Made by a program: the position numbers and the translations under genes. The notes under the pieces were generated by a model. That model saw only the letters and a program-made list of their open reading frames with translations. It was not told the DNA's origin and ran no database searches. A stretch of DNA of 62,846 nt, filler included, from Octopus bimaculoides (Eukaryota): assembly GCF_001194135.2 (NCBI RefSeq). It is 5 parts of 3 records of this genome, joined end to end, with 100 filler letters (N's around TTAATTAATTAA, not from the genome) between each part and the next. Parts side by side here need not be neighbours in the genome. Positions count along the whole stretch, not along the records: positions 1 to 11,639 come from NC_069006.1; positions 11,740 to 18,686 come from NC_069000.1; 3 more parts are not named here. One strand, written 5' to 3'. Position 1 is the first letter of the stretch, and each line of letters begins with the position of its first letter. Of the stretch, positions 1 to 12,775 are shown in pieces.

Positions 1-43
<43 letters not shown>

Positions 44-1087
44 CATACATACATACATACATACATACATACATACACTCACACATTATACTACTTTCTG
101 AAATAAACCTATACTTCATTTTAAAGCTGTGAGGTGATGCACAAGCTCTCATCTCTGAGTGCATTGCTTCTTATAGCAGAAACGGCTGTAAGCTAATGAA
201 GGTGACAACATAACTTCTGTTGCTGTGTCATTTATTAATTGATACAACAATCTGTCGTCTCCCGATACTTCCCTCTGAAGTACAAATATATTGAATCTGG
301 ATGCTAAAGAGTTAAATCAGAGGAGGAAATAAACCTACCATCTACGACATGCGTATTCCATCCACTGTGCTTTAGCACAGTCTCCACCCACCCAATTTCA
401 CTCCCAATATTTATGTCAACCCATGCCTTTGGTTCTGAAATTACTTTCTTAACAGCATGTCCATGATCATCATTAACATCCACTTTCCCACTTGCATGGG
501 TCAGACAGAATTTGTTGAGGTAGATTTTCTACAGCTGGATGCCCTTCCTGTCACCAACCTCCACCTGGTTCCAAGCAAGGTAAGATTTCCCCGTGCCTAA
601 ACATGATATTCATGGAAGACAGGAAAAGAATTACCTTGCTTGTATAACAATGATGCTCATTTATAACCATCACAAGATGTCTAAACAAGAGTACGCACAA
701 AAACATATGCACAAAAACATACGCACATACAAATATATATATATACATATAACAGGCTTCTTCCAGCTTCTGTCTATGAAATCCACTCATAAGGCTTTAG
801 TCAGCCTAGAGCTACAGTTGAAGACACTTGCCTAAGGTGCCACACAGAGGGATTGAATCCAGAACCATGTAGCTGAGAAACAAACTTCTGAACCACACAG
901 CCATGCTTGCACCTATCATGATGATCATCATCATCATCATCATTTAACATCTGTTTTCCATGCTGGCATGGCTGGATAGTTTGGTAGGAGCTGGCTAGCT
1001 AGGGAGTTGGTCAGGCTCCAATTATCTATTTTGGTATGGTTTCTGGGTGCCCTTCCTAATGCCAGCCACTTTACGGAGTGTGGACTG

Positions 1088-1525
1088 GGTGCTTTTTATG
1101 TGGCACCAGCATAAGTGCTTCATACATGGAAATGACACAGGTCCTCGACATGTGGCACCAGCACGTGCTTTTTATGTGGCACCAACATGTGTTTTTTAAT
1201 GTGGCACCAACACGTGCTTTTTATGTGGCACCAACACATGTGCTTTTCATGTGGCACCAACACATGTGCTTTTTCATGTGGCACCAACACATGCTTTTTA
1301 TGTGGCACCAACACACGTGCTTTTTATTTGGCACCAACACGTGCTTTTTATGTGGCACCAACACATGTGCTTTTCATGTAGCACCAACACATGTGCTTTA
1401 CATGTGGCACCATCTGGGTGCTTTTCTATGGGGTACTGGCATAGGTGCCTCTTACGTGGCACTGTCACGGATGCTTTTTTACATGACACCAGCATGCGTG
1501 CTTATCTACGTGGCACCATTATAAC
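1088..1525. repeat. Minisatellite of 24-26-bp units (tgtgcttttt/catgtggcaccaacac) expanded inside a dispersed repeat
   Basis: More than a dozen head-to-tail units containing gtggcacc; flanks match the repeat family also seen near 4930, 33385 and 60950. Confidence 0.9.
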
Positions 1526-2244
1526 ACAGAAAGGAGAGCATGTAGCAAACGGGAGCAATTTAAAGGGACAATACTTACTTCTGCCATACGAGGATTCCAC
1601 CCTCCATGGCCTTCTTGCATCACTTTTAATATTTCCATGTCTAGATCCACCCGGACACGGTCACCTACTTTGAAATGGCAAGTAGGTTCACCTGAAGCTG
1701 ACGTTTCTGTGAATTCACCTGAAATAACATCAACACAATTACTTATACATATTCTTTAAGCAGAGTGTATAGTATGTGCATGTGCGTGTGTGTATATATA
1801 TAGTTCAGTGTTTCTCGCCCTTTTTGTACCTATGGATCCCTTTTAGTTCCTATTTTACTTGGTTAAAAAATTCTATTATTATATTTTCATAACTATATAT
1901 TATTAGGAATTGTACAAACAAAATTATAGGCATAGAAGTGGCTGTGTGGTAAGTAGCTTCCTTATGAACCACATGGTTCTGGGTTCAGTCCCACTGCGTT
2001 GCACCTTGGGTAAGTGTCTTCTACTATAGTCTCAGACCGACCAAAGCCTTGAGTGGATTTGGTAGACGGAAACAGAAAAAAGCCTGTCACACTATATATC
2101 ATCATCATCGTTTAACGTCCGCTTTCCATGTTAGCATGGGTTGGACGATTTGACTGAGGACTGGTGAAACCGGATGGCAACACCAGGCTCCAATCTAATT
2201 TGGCAGAGTTTCTACAGCTGGATGCCCTTCCTAACGCCAACAGG

Positions 2245-2290
<46 letters not shown>

Positions 2291-2898
2291 TTGTGTGTGT
2301 GTATGTATATATATATATATGTATGTCTGTGTGTATATATTTGTGTGTCTATGTTTGTTCCCCCAACATCGCTTGATAACCGATGCTGGTGTGTTTACGT
2401 CCCAGTAACTTAGCGGTCCGGCAAAAGAGCCCGATAGAATAAGTACTAGGCTTACAAAGAATAAGTCCTGGGGTCGATTTACTCGACTAAAGGCGGTGCT
2501 CCAGCATGGCCACAGTCAAATGATTGAAGCAAGTAAAAGAGTAAACAAAATTGTTGAAATATTTTGTGCATTGTAGAAGTATAATCAATTTATTGCAGAT
2601 AAGATTTTAACAACAAAATTTTTATTTGGACCCCCAAGGAACATAAAGACTCTGGTTGGGAACCACTGATATAGTATAATATAATACAATTTCCTGGATA
2701 CACTATAGGCTTCAAAATCTATCTTAGTATAGCAATATACACGTATCTTTTGTTACATTCAAAACACCTTCTTCATATACCAATACATATCTTTATTATC
2801 TTCCATACATATCTTTATTATCTTCCATACACTATCTTAATATACCTTCATATATTCGAGAGTATTGTAGTTCACTTGAAGCATTGTGTATTGTTTGT

Positions 2899-3188
2899 AA
2901 AGAATAAAAAGTTTTGAATGGTACAGCAATGTACTATAATACAAAAAATGGACTCTATACCTGCTGTGAATTTAGTTATCTATAGTCCGATAATATTTCG
3001 GAATACAATTCCTTCTTCAGATACTCTTAGATGGAGTCTATAGCAGAGAGATTCCAGCTAAGAAGATCTGAAGAAGGAATTGTATTCCAAAATATCATCG
3101 GACTATGGATAACTAAATTACAACAGGTATAGAGTCCATTTTTTGTATTATAGTACATTGCTGTACCATTCAAAACTTTTTATTCTTT
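2899..3188. repeat. Long inverted repeat, about 123-bp arms and 43-nt loop
   Basis: 2899-3022 is a near-perfect reverse complement of 3066-3188. Confidence 0.95.
2980..3025 (-). ncRNA. Hammerhead-like core in the left arm of an inverted repeat
   Basis: Minus strand CTGAAGA a ggaat-tgt-attcc GAAA tatt ATC; stem I is poor. The mirror copy at 3068 has GAAA changed to AAAA. Confidence 0.45.
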
Positions 3189-3826
3189 ATATATTCATCT
3201 TTTGTTGTGTTTAAAACACTTTTGTTTACCAAAATATATTTATCTTCTGTTATCCTCCAAACACTGCATTAATATATCTTTATACAGGGTAAAGCAAAAT
3301 TAAGTTTACAGTTGTTGAATACGAGTGGAATGTTCTTTCTATTTCTCTATTTCTTTTTTACCTGAGCAATTCATAACTAAGAAATCTGCAGGAGATGCCT
3401 TATTCATTAGAAGCCCACATTTTAGATTTTTGGGGGACTCTGAGTGAATGTTTGAGCCATGAGCAACTGTATACCTGCTTTTGCTGACCCCTGTATATTC
3501 ATCTTTGTTATATTCAAAACACCTTCATAATAAACCGAAATATGTTTTTTCTGACTTCATGTTCTAAATATCAACTTAATTAAGAAATTAGCTATTTTAT
3601 TAAATCTAATCAAATTCTTGATTAATTTCAAAATTAATCAAACCACATATGCAGTGTATTGCTACTGTGGCCATGCTGGGATTTTAGCCAAATGAATCAA
3701 TCCCAATACTTATATTTTTTCAAGCCTGGTACTCATTCTATCAGTCTCTTTCGCTGAACAGCTAGATTATGGGGACATAAACACACCAATACTGGCTGTC
3801 AAGTGATGATGGGGGAGCAAACACAG

Positions 3827-3874
<48 letters not shown>

Positions 3875-4300
3875 NNNNNNNNNNTATATATATATATATA
3901 TATATATATATTGGCCCAAGGCTATAAGAGTAGAAGGTGCCATACAGCGGAACTGAACCTGGAACCATGTGGTTGTAAAGCAAATTTCTTACCACAGCCA
4001 CACCTGCAACCTATATGGTAATGAAAGTCAAAATAATTCTTTGAACTGTAGGCATGAGGCCTGAAATGTTGTAAGGAGGTGCTAGTCGATTACATTGATC
4101 CCAGTATACAGCTGGTACTCATTTTATTGATATTAAAGGGATGAAAATCAACCTCAGTGATATTTGAACTCAGAATGTGAAGCCAAAAAATTGCTGCTAA
4201 GCAGATTGTCTTGCATGGTAACGATTCCATAAAGGTGGCATGCTTTCCACCTTTGTGTAAGTGAAAATAATAAACAACAAAAATCAAAAATAAAACTCAC

Positions 4301-4495
4301 CAAGAACTGGCAAATGGTCCACATAAAACATGCCACCAGAGGCACATTGGGTTGCCTTTAGGTCTACTTTACCCTTGTGCCCAACTCGGTAGACATTCAT
4401 TTGAGAATTGCTCCACACAACGTTTGCAACACTACGTCCTGACTCTAAATCCCAACCACGGATATCCCTCACCTTTCCGGGTTTTCCTTCGCCTC
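4301..4495 (-). CDS. MIB2: MIB2 internal exon, remainder of the second MIB/HERC2 domain
   Basis: GEGKPGKVRDIRGWDLESGRSVANVVWSNSQMNVYRVGHKGKVDLKATQCASGGMFYVDHLPVLG closely follows the MIB2 motif DGGEGKPGRVVDIRGWD...VYRVGHKGKVDLK. Acceptor ttttcag, donor gtgagt. Confidence 0.95.
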
Positions 4496-5275
4496 CTGAA
4501 AAAGAAAAAAGAAAATGAAAAAAAAATAGTGAACCATAGATGAAAAAAAAAAAAGAAGGAAGAAATAAAATATTAATTAAGAGAATAATAAAATATTAAG
4601 AAAACATTAATCACATACAAAAAAATGAAAGAAAACCTGATGTAAAAAAAGGGGGGGAAAATGAGAGGTTATAACTCTGGTGTTATATGAATATGTGATT
4701 AGAAAGTCAAAGGAAAGAATCACAAGACAGATTCTTCAAGCCAAGCCAGGCTGACCAGCAGGAGACGACCTAAGGGTAGACCAAGAATGGGATGGTGGGA
4801 TAAAATCTGTAATCTCAGTGGTTGTGTTTGGGAATCCAGCTGGAAAGTGTGATGACAGTTGCTCCTATGAAGGAGGTGTCTGAGGACTTTACTCCAACAA
4901 CTCTCCCAGGAGTAGTAGGTGAAGATGATGGATCATCATCATCATTATTATTTAGTGCACGTTTTCCATGCTGGCATGGGTTAGACAGTTTGACTGGAAC
5001 TGGTAAGCTCCAATCTGATTTTGGCTTGTCTTCTACAGCTGGTTGCCCTTCCTAATGCCAACCACTCCGGCCACAGGAAAATATTACCTTGCTTGGAAAC
5101 AGGTGAAAATTGGCAACAGGCAACAGGAAGGGAACCGGCCATAGAAAAATCTGCACTGGTAAACTCCATCTGCAACATATGTGCACAGCAACAACAATAA
5201 CCACAGCAACAAGAATTTCTAGCACATGTACAACAACAGCAACAACATCAGCAACATTATTATCAGAATACTTGC

Positions 5276-5382
5276 CATCTTGATTTCCCCAATCCCAGTC
5301 ATTTCCTCGTAGAACTTTCGCTCCTTTGAATATCCCCCAGGCCTCCATTTTTGTACTGCTCGCCCGCTTGGGCATCTTGACA
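5276..5382 (-). CDS. MIB2: MIB2 internal exon, start of the second MIB/HERC2 domain
   Basis: [36 protein letters not shown] matches the MIB/HERC2 motif GAKVVRGPDWEWG. Acceptor cattgcag in phase 2; donor is GC (G|gcaagt) in phase 1. Confidence 0.92.
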
Positions 5383-5419
5383 CTGCAATGAAAGTGGCAG
5401 AAGATGGAATAAGAGTGTT

Positions 5420-5977
5420 GTGGTGGTGGTAGTAGTAGTTAGGTGCTAGTAGTAGTGGTGGTGGTGGTAGAGGTTAAGTAGTAGTAGTAGTAATAAATGG
5501 CAGTGATAGTAGTTGAAGTGGTAGTGGTAGCACATGTGGTGGTAGTAGTAGTAGTAGTGGTGGTGGTGGTGGTAGAGGTGGTAATAGTAGTAGTAGTAGT
5601 AGTAGTAGTAATAATAAATGGCAGTGATAGTAGTTGAAGTGGTAGTGGTAGCACATGTAGTGGCGGTGGTGGTGGTAGTAGTGGAAGTGATGGTACATGT
5701 AGTAGTAGTTGAGGCGGTGGTTGTTGTAGTGGTCGTCGTTGTTGTGGTAGTTGTAGTGATGATGGTGGTTGTCATCATCTTCATAGTAGTAGTAGTGGTG
5801 GTGGTAGTACAAGTAGCTGTGATAGTTATAGTGGTGAAGGTAGTAGTAGTAATAGTAGAGGTGGTAGTAGTACAAATAGTGGTGGTGATGGTGGTGGTAG
5901 TTGTAGAAGTTGTAGCAACAGTAGCAGTAGTAGTATTACTAGTAGAAGTAGTAGTGATGATGGTAGTGGTAGTAGTA

Positions 5978-6023
<46 letters not shown>

Positions 6024-6050
6024 CGGTAGTGGTAGCCTTATTTTATTATT
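5420..6050. repeat. Degenerate (GTA/GTG)n trinucleotide repeat
   Basis: Visible directly; accounts for the poly-V, poly-T and poly-Y ORFs. Confidence 0.95.
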
Positions 6051-6689
6051 AGTACTTAAGTGAGCTGGCAAAATTGTCAGTGCGTTGGACAAAATGCCTT
6101 GCAGTATTTTTGACCTACTCACTTTTGCTGTGGTCAAATCCCAGCAAGGCCAACTTTGCTCTTCATCCCACCAGGGTCCATAAAATACGGTACAAGCTAA
6201 GTACGAGGGTTAATGTAATTGCCTAGACCCCTACATGAAGGCACATGGTTCAGTGGTTAGAGTGTCAGGCTCACAATTAAGAGGAAGTGAGCTTGATTCC
6301 TGGACCGGGCTGTGTGTTTGTGTTCTTGAGCAAGTCACTTTACTTCATGTTGCTCCAGTTCTCTGCAGAAATGAGTTGCAACATCACTGGTGCCCAACTG
6401 TATCGGCCCCTTTGCCTTTCATTTGGATAACATCAGCGACACGGAGAAGGGAGGCTGGTATGCATGGGTGACTGCTGGTCTTCCACGAATAGCCATGCCG
6501 GACTTGTGCTTCAGAAGGTAACTTTCTAGGTACAATCCCATGGACATTCATGACCAAAGGGGATCTTTTACTTTTAGACCCCTACTCTAAAATTTCAGGC
6601 TTTGGGCTTTTGGCAGAAAGAACAGACAAAATACTTAGTGGCATTTTGTCCATCTCTACATTCTGAAACCAAATTTTTGCCAAAGTTGA

Positions 6690-7115
6690 CTTTGCCTTCA
6701 TCCTTTCAAGGTTGAAGAAATAAAAACCAGTTGAGCGCTGGAGTCAATATAATCGGCTATCCCCAAAACCCAACCAAAATTACAGGCCTTGTACCTATAG
6801 TAGAAAGGATCATTAATAATATTAACTTTGCCAAGGTCAACTTTGCCTTTCAGAAACCCTTTATGGGGTCAATGAAATAAATACTAGTTGAGCACTGGGG
6901 TTGATGTAATTGCTTATCTCCAAACCCCAACCAAAATTTCAGGCCTTGTGCTAAAACTAGAAAGGACTATTATTAATATTAACTTTGCCTTTCACCCTTT
7001 TTTGGGGGGTGGGGTCAATGAAATAAATACCAGTTGGACATTGGAGTCGATGTAATCGACTTGCCCCCACCCCCACCCCTCACCCCAAATTACCAGCCTT
7101 GTGCCAAGATTTGAA
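6690..7115 (+). repeat. Three tandem copies (about 145 bp) of a SINE-like 3' module
   Basis: actttgccttc...ccagttg...caaaatt.caggccttgtgc.t...agaaagg recurs three times; related single copies lie near 22450, 30920 and 53880. Confidence 0.8.
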
Positions 7116-7146
<31 letters not shown>

Positions 7147-7596
7147 GTGGTGGTGGTGGCGGCAGCAGCAGCAGTAGTAGTATGATGATGATGATGATGA
7201 TGAACAGGAGGAAACAATTATGTGATCTGCTGGTTAGGATTTCTGGTTCTCGTCCAGGTGGCCCTTGGTTTGCTTTCCAGCATGGGAATCTATTTTGTTC
7301 TTTTAATGTAGTCTTCCATATCTTAGGCCCTTGTGGCCAATAAAAAAAAAAATCATTTCTTCTTCTTCTTCTTATTATTATTATTAATAGTAGTAGCTGT
7401 GGTGGTGGTGGTAGAAGTAGTAGTAGGGGTGGTGATGGTAGTGTCGGTACGGTGATGCTGGTGGCACTATGATGATGTAATGCAAAGAGGAAGCGTGATG
7501 ACAATAACAAAGAAGGCAAAGACAGTGACGGTGATGACGGTGGTAACAATCAATAGCAGAATAAAGTACAGATTAAGACCCCAGGAGGCGACATAC

Positions 7597-7768
7597 CCTT
7601 TTGATGCCGGAGTGTCAAATCGCAGGAATGAGTGTTTAATGTCATGCTTGTCTCCATGGTAACATACAGTACACAGATCGAAATCATGGCACGTGAGGCA
7701 TCGCCATCGCATGCCCTGAATTGCAGACTTATTGCAAGAATCACAGATGATGCTTGTATGCTTCACAC
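7597..7768 (-). CDS. MIB2: Mind bomb 2 E3 ubiquitin ligase, internal exon encoding the ZZ-type zinc finger
   Basis: Translates GVKHTSIICDSCNKSAIQGMRWRCLTCHDFDLCTVCYHGDKHDIKHSFLRFDTPASKG (CxxC ZZ finger, MIB2-like). Acceptor ttttgccag, donor gtatgt, phase 1 to 2. Confidence 0.93.
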
Positions 7769-7809
7769 CTGGCAAAATAAAAATAATGATGATAATAATA
7801 ACAACAATG

Positions 7810-7855
<46 letters not shown>

Positions 7856-7860
7856 TATAG

Positions 7861-7891
<31 letters not shown>

Positions 7892-7896
7892 TATAG

Positions 7897-7929
<33 letters not shown>

Positions 7930-8174
7930 TAAAAATATAGATAATAATAATAATAATAAAATAATAATAATAATAATAATAATAATAATTTAAAACAAAC
8001 ACATAATTTTCTTATGGTTTCTTAAACATTCTCTAGAACGACACTATGTACAAATTCAAATATATGGTACCCTAGGCATAACACCTACATGAACTTCTAA
8101 CTTGTTGTCTCTTGAGGTGTCTGAGTGAGACTTGGATCCAACTTGTACAAATGCAAAGAAAAAGTCAAACATAA

Positions 8175-8232
<58 letters not shown>

Positions 8233-8350
8233 NNNNNNNNNNNNNNNNNNNNNNNNNNNNNNNNNNNNNNNNNNNNNNNNNNNNNNNNNNNNNNNNNNNN
8301 NNNNNNNNNNNNNNNNNNNNNNNNNNNNNNNNNNNNNNNNNNNNNNNAAA

Positions 8351-8463
8351 AAAGGTACTGAAACCTATTTGAAAATGATACCTGGCTTACCATCCCTACA
8401 GGAAGTGCAAAAAATCGTGTTAACTGGAACGACTCATGTACTGAGAAGAGCATTATCGCTGTG
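8351..8463 (+). mobile_element. RLE-clade LINE extreme C-terminus; its 3' UTR continues to a (TAA)n tail near 8650
   Basis: KGTETYLKMIPGLPSLQEVQKIVLTGTTHVLRRALSL* fits the R4/Dong-type terminal motif E.QK..L.GT.HILR. Confidence 0.65.
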
Positions 8464-8653
8464 AAAACAACATCCATTCAGGAATTTATTTATTTATTAA
8501 TTTTTTTTTAATACATATTTTACCTGTGAATTTGCGTGTGTGAACTGGGAATGCATACAACGAGTTTCTCTGCCCTAGGTGTACGGAAAATACTCGGCGA
8601 GAAATGGAAGAAAATTTGAAGAAAGAAGAAAAAAAACAACATAATAATAAAGT

Positions 8654-8990
8654 AAGATTTTGTGGGATATTCCTATTCAAATGGACAAGAAGTTTGAAAA
8701 TAAAAGACTGGACATAACAATTCTAGATAAGGAAAAGCGAAGTTGATGACTGATTGACCCATCATGTCTGTTTGATTTCAGGATTGTCAAGAAAGAGGAC
8801 CAAAAACAAAAAACAATTTGAAATAGGAAAAATTTGGAGAATGAGAACAGTAAAGGTTGTGCCTGTAATGATTGGTGTGTTGGGAACGGTAAGCCAAGAT
8901 ATAAACAAATGACTGAAGGAGATTGGAATAGAATACCTGGTAGAGCTCCTACAGAAAGCAAGGATTACCAGGAGGGTTCTAAGCACTTGA
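8654..8990 (+). mobile_element. R4/Dong-like non-LTR retrotransposon, restriction-like endonuclease fragment
   Basis: KILWDIPIQMDKKFENKRLDITILDKEK..LIDPSCLFD.RIVKKE and WRMRTVKVVPVMIGVLGTV...LLQKA match the RLE C-terminus (ILWD, RPDI, DVA.P.D, V.PVVIGALG). Confidence 0.75.
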
Positions 8991-9156
8991 AAGACTGCTG
9001 AAAACTTGTGGATCCCTAAGGTTACAGGTAGTAACCTGCTACCCGCATAATTCCTACCAAGAATAAGACTGAACTTGAGCCAAAGCAAAATAATCATAAT
9101 ATCAAGAAGGTTACTGACCAATTCTTTTTGACCAGACACTTAGGAAACCAATAATC

Positions 9157-9290
9157 CATGAGATCCAAAGAATTGCGTTGACATCAGCTGCCCATATTCT
9201 CAGGAAATTTCTCTCCATCCAATATATACATGCCTTAGGTCTCTGATTCAGACCTGATCAGAAGATGAAATAAAACACATATGGACGCAC
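9157..9290 (+). mobile_element. Third RLE-clade LINE C-terminal remnant
   Basis: HEIQRIALTSAAHILRKFLSIQ, same terminal motif as 8351. Confidence 0.5.
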
Positions 9291-9569
9291 ATACTTACAT
9301 ATAAGTACGAACACATAAGTGCGTGCACACATATGAGCGTGCACACATACGAGCTTGCACACACTCACATGCTCATACCAAACAGTTTCGAAACAACGCC
9401 AAAAAACGCCAGATCATATATTCAAAATAAATGGCAGTGGAGAGACAAGTTACTGAAGAGATTGCAAGAGTGCAATGAAATAATTTAACAAAAAACTATA
9501 TAAATTAATAAAGGACTGAACCAGTGCGTGTGTTTATTACCGGCATAATGCCTCTCCCAAGGTTTAATT

Positions 9570-9607
<38 letters not shown>

Positions 9608-10136
9608 CCTTTCTACTAAAGGCACAAGCCCTGAAATTTTGGAACAAAGGGACTAGTTGATTACATCNNNNNNNNNNNNNNNNNNNNNNNNNNNNNNNNN
9701 NNNNNNNNNNNNNNNNNNNNNNNNNNNNNNNNNNNNNNNNNNNNNNNNNNNNNNNNNNNNNNNNNNNNNNNNNNNNNNNNNNNNNNNNNNNNNNNNNNNN
9801 NNNNNNNNNNNNNNNNNNNNNNNNNNNNNNNNNNNNNNNNNNNNNNNNNNNNNNNNNNNNNNNNNNNNNNNNNNNNNNNNNNNNNNNNNNNNNNNNNNNN
9901 NNNNNNNNNNNNNNNNNNNNNNNNNNNNNNNNNNNNNNNNNNNNNNNNNNNNNNNNNNNNNNNNNNNNNNNNNNNNNNNNNNNNNNNNNNNNNNNNNNNN
10001 NNNNNNNNNNNNNNNNNNNNNNNNNNNNNNNNNNNNNNNNNNNNNNNNNNNNNNNNNNNNNNNNNNNNNNNNNNNNNNNNNNNNNNNNNNNNNNNNNNNN
10101 NNNNNNNNNNNNNNNNNNNNNNNNNNNNNNNNNNNN

Positions 10137-10192
<56 letters not shown>

Positions 10193-11253
10193 CTCTCTCT
10201 CTCTTTCTCTCTTGCTAACAAACACTGCATCACTGAAACACTGCTGTTATTAAAATTTCTCATATAAAATTGTGTTGTTGTTGTTATGTTTATTCAGGTT
10301 CCAACGAATTTTTGTGAATGCTTTTTTCTATCTCAGAGAGGGAACATATATTTACCATTCTGTATATGGTGAACTTTGGTGGTATTGGAGTAAGGACTGT
10401 TCTTCCGAGTTGATTGTTGTATCCCCAACAAGAGAATGGAATAAGCAGAGCAAGAGCACGCATGAAGACGGAAAATGTTGCTGAAGAGGTCACAGATGTG
10501 TGAGAAAAGATTTTTAGACAACGGACATGAGTTAGAATAAGAACAGTAATAAATGAGTGAAGAACGAGTATACAGTGCATGTGTTTATTTGGCAATTAAC
10601 AGAACAGCTTGCTCGTGAGATTAACATGCAAGTGGCTGAGCACTCCACAGACACATGTACCCCTTTTTACATATTTCCCAGGGAAATTCAGCTTGACACA
10701 GAGTGTGACAACGCTGGCCCCTTGAAATACAGGTACTACTCATTTTTGCCAGATGAGTGAACTGGGCCACCGTAAAATAAAATGTCTTGCTCAAGGACAC
10801 AACATGCTGCTGGGAATCGAACTCTCGACCCCACAATCACGAGCAAAATACCCTAACCACTAAGCCACACACCTTCACTACTGGCACTACTTAGTACCCT
10901 TCTGTCACTTTAGTTACAGTCTATGAATTTGTCTTTAGGTTGTTAAATTACTAATAAGCCAGCCATATTATTCGTGTATATATATATAGTTCACAGATGA
11001 GATCCCGATATTCTCTCTATAGAATACCTTTCATCCACCCCTTTAATTTTCTGTTCATTGTACTCTGTGTACCCTGGACCTATTACTATAAACATCTATA
11101 TACTTATACATATAAATTCATCATCTGAAAGTCTCCACCTTTTGCTTTCTCTCGTTTTGCATGTATACATATTTGCATATTTTCTATTTGATGCATTTAA
11201 TATATTTAAAATATTTGATGTGTCTAATTGTTTATCTTCATAANNNNNNNNNN

Positions 11254-11297
<44 letters not shown>

Positions 11298-11639
11298 CAC
11301 ACACACATGTATATATATACACATGTATGTATATTTAATGAAAATATTCAATATACATGAGTCAGTGTGTCTATGTATCCATACACATATATACACAAGC
11401 ATTCACAGCCATTTCACAGTAAATCAGCCATGGAGGAGTGGTTCCCACCAAAATCTGACATCACTCCCTAAGGCAAACCCTACATAACTGGTAAACATTA
11501 AATGTCCCCTTAATTGGGGGCCAGGGATGGAATTTCAGACAAAATTGAAACTGAACTGGCAGATAAAAGATTATATATGTACAATAAAAATGGGAAGTCT
11601 GGGGAAAAATCTCACACAAGTACACACACATTATATATA

Positions 11640-11739
11640 NNNNNNNNNNNNNNNNNNNNNNNNNNNNNNNNNNNNNNNNNNNNTTAATTAATTAANNNNN
11701 NNNNNNNNNNNNNNNNNNNNNNNNNNNNNNNNNNNNNNN
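11640..11739. other. Artificial scaffold-joining spacer (44 N + TTAATTAATTAA + 44 N)
   Basis: Exactly 100 bp; the 12-mer places stops in all six frames. Confidence 0.9.
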
Positions 11740-11934
11740 ACATACATTTTTCTTGCTTGTTTCAGTCATTAGATTGCAGCCATGGAAAGACACCACTTTG
11801 AAGATTGAAGAATTTTAGTCGAACGAATCAACCTCATCGCTCATTATTTAAAGTCTGTCGTTCTGTTTTATCGAACTGCTACGTAAATACACCATCAACT
11901 GGAACTGACAAGTCCACGACACTGCAAACTGTGT

Positions 11935-12245
11935 TTATCTATAAAACGGCCACACCATCAATGGGGAGTATGCCAACTTGCTGAGACAGTTACGAAAGGC
12001 TATCGAGACCAAACACCTAGGGAAACTGACGAAAGGGGTCTTGTTCCATCAGGACAATGCTCCAGCTCACAAGTCCTTGGTTTCAATGGCTGTTGTGCGT
12101 GATTGTAGCCTTGAACTGGTTGATCAGCACCCATGTTTTCCTTATTTGGTCCCATCTAACTATCATCTGATCCCCAATATGAAAAAAAAAGGCTTGGTTG
12201 GGAAGCAGTATCACAGTGATGATGACATCATATCTGCTGTTGATA
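11935..12245 (+). mobile_element. Mariner transposase catalytic-domain remnant
   Basis: LLRQLRKAIETKHLGKLTKGVLFHQDNAPAHKS...HPCFPYLVPSNYHLIPNMKK carries HQDNAPAH and a degenerate HPPYSPDLAPSDYHLF. Confidence 0.85.
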
Positions 12246-12403
12246 TGTACTAACACATATACACGTACACGCACACACACATACATGGGGACATAATATG
12301 CACACACAAATCCACATACATACATGCAGATACACGCATGCACCCACGCCCACATCAATACAAATATATATTCATGTATAATATAATATGTACTTACATA
12401 TGT

Positions 12404-12775
12404 GGAAGCGCCATGGCCCAGTGGTTAGGGCAGCGGACTCGCGGTCACAGGAATGGTTTCGATTCCCAGACTGGGCGTTGTGAGTGTTTATTGAGTGAAA
12501 ACACCTAAAGCGCCACGAGATTCCGGCAGGGGATGGTAGCGAACCCTATTATATTCTTTCACCACAACTTTCACTCACTCTTTTTTCCTGTTGTACCTGT
12601 ATTTCAAAGGGCCAGCCTTGTCACTCTCTGTGTCACGCTGAATCTCCTCGAGAACTACGTTAAGGATGCACGTGTCTGTGGAGTGCTCAGCCACTTGTAC
12701 GTTAATTTTACGAGCGGGCTGTTCCGTTAGTCGGATCAACTGGAACCCTCGTCATCGTAACCGACGGAGTGCCAC
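12404..12775 (+). mobile_element. tRNA-derived SINE (family B)
   Basis: Head tggcccagtggttagggcagcggac...tttcgattccc and tail ccttgtcactctctgtgtcacgctgaatctc...gtaaccgacggagtgcc. Further copies near 10590-10880(-), 15215-15435, 23715-23995(-), 46610-46870 and 59545-59845. Confidence 0.85.

Noticed and set aside
1088-1525. CRISPR-like array
   Set aside because: Units are head-to-tail with no unique spacers, in eukaryotic DNA with no cas genes.
12404-12480. tRNA gene
   Set aside because: Has A and B boxes only, no complete cloverleaf, and runs into a SINE body; the same applies to the other SINE heads.
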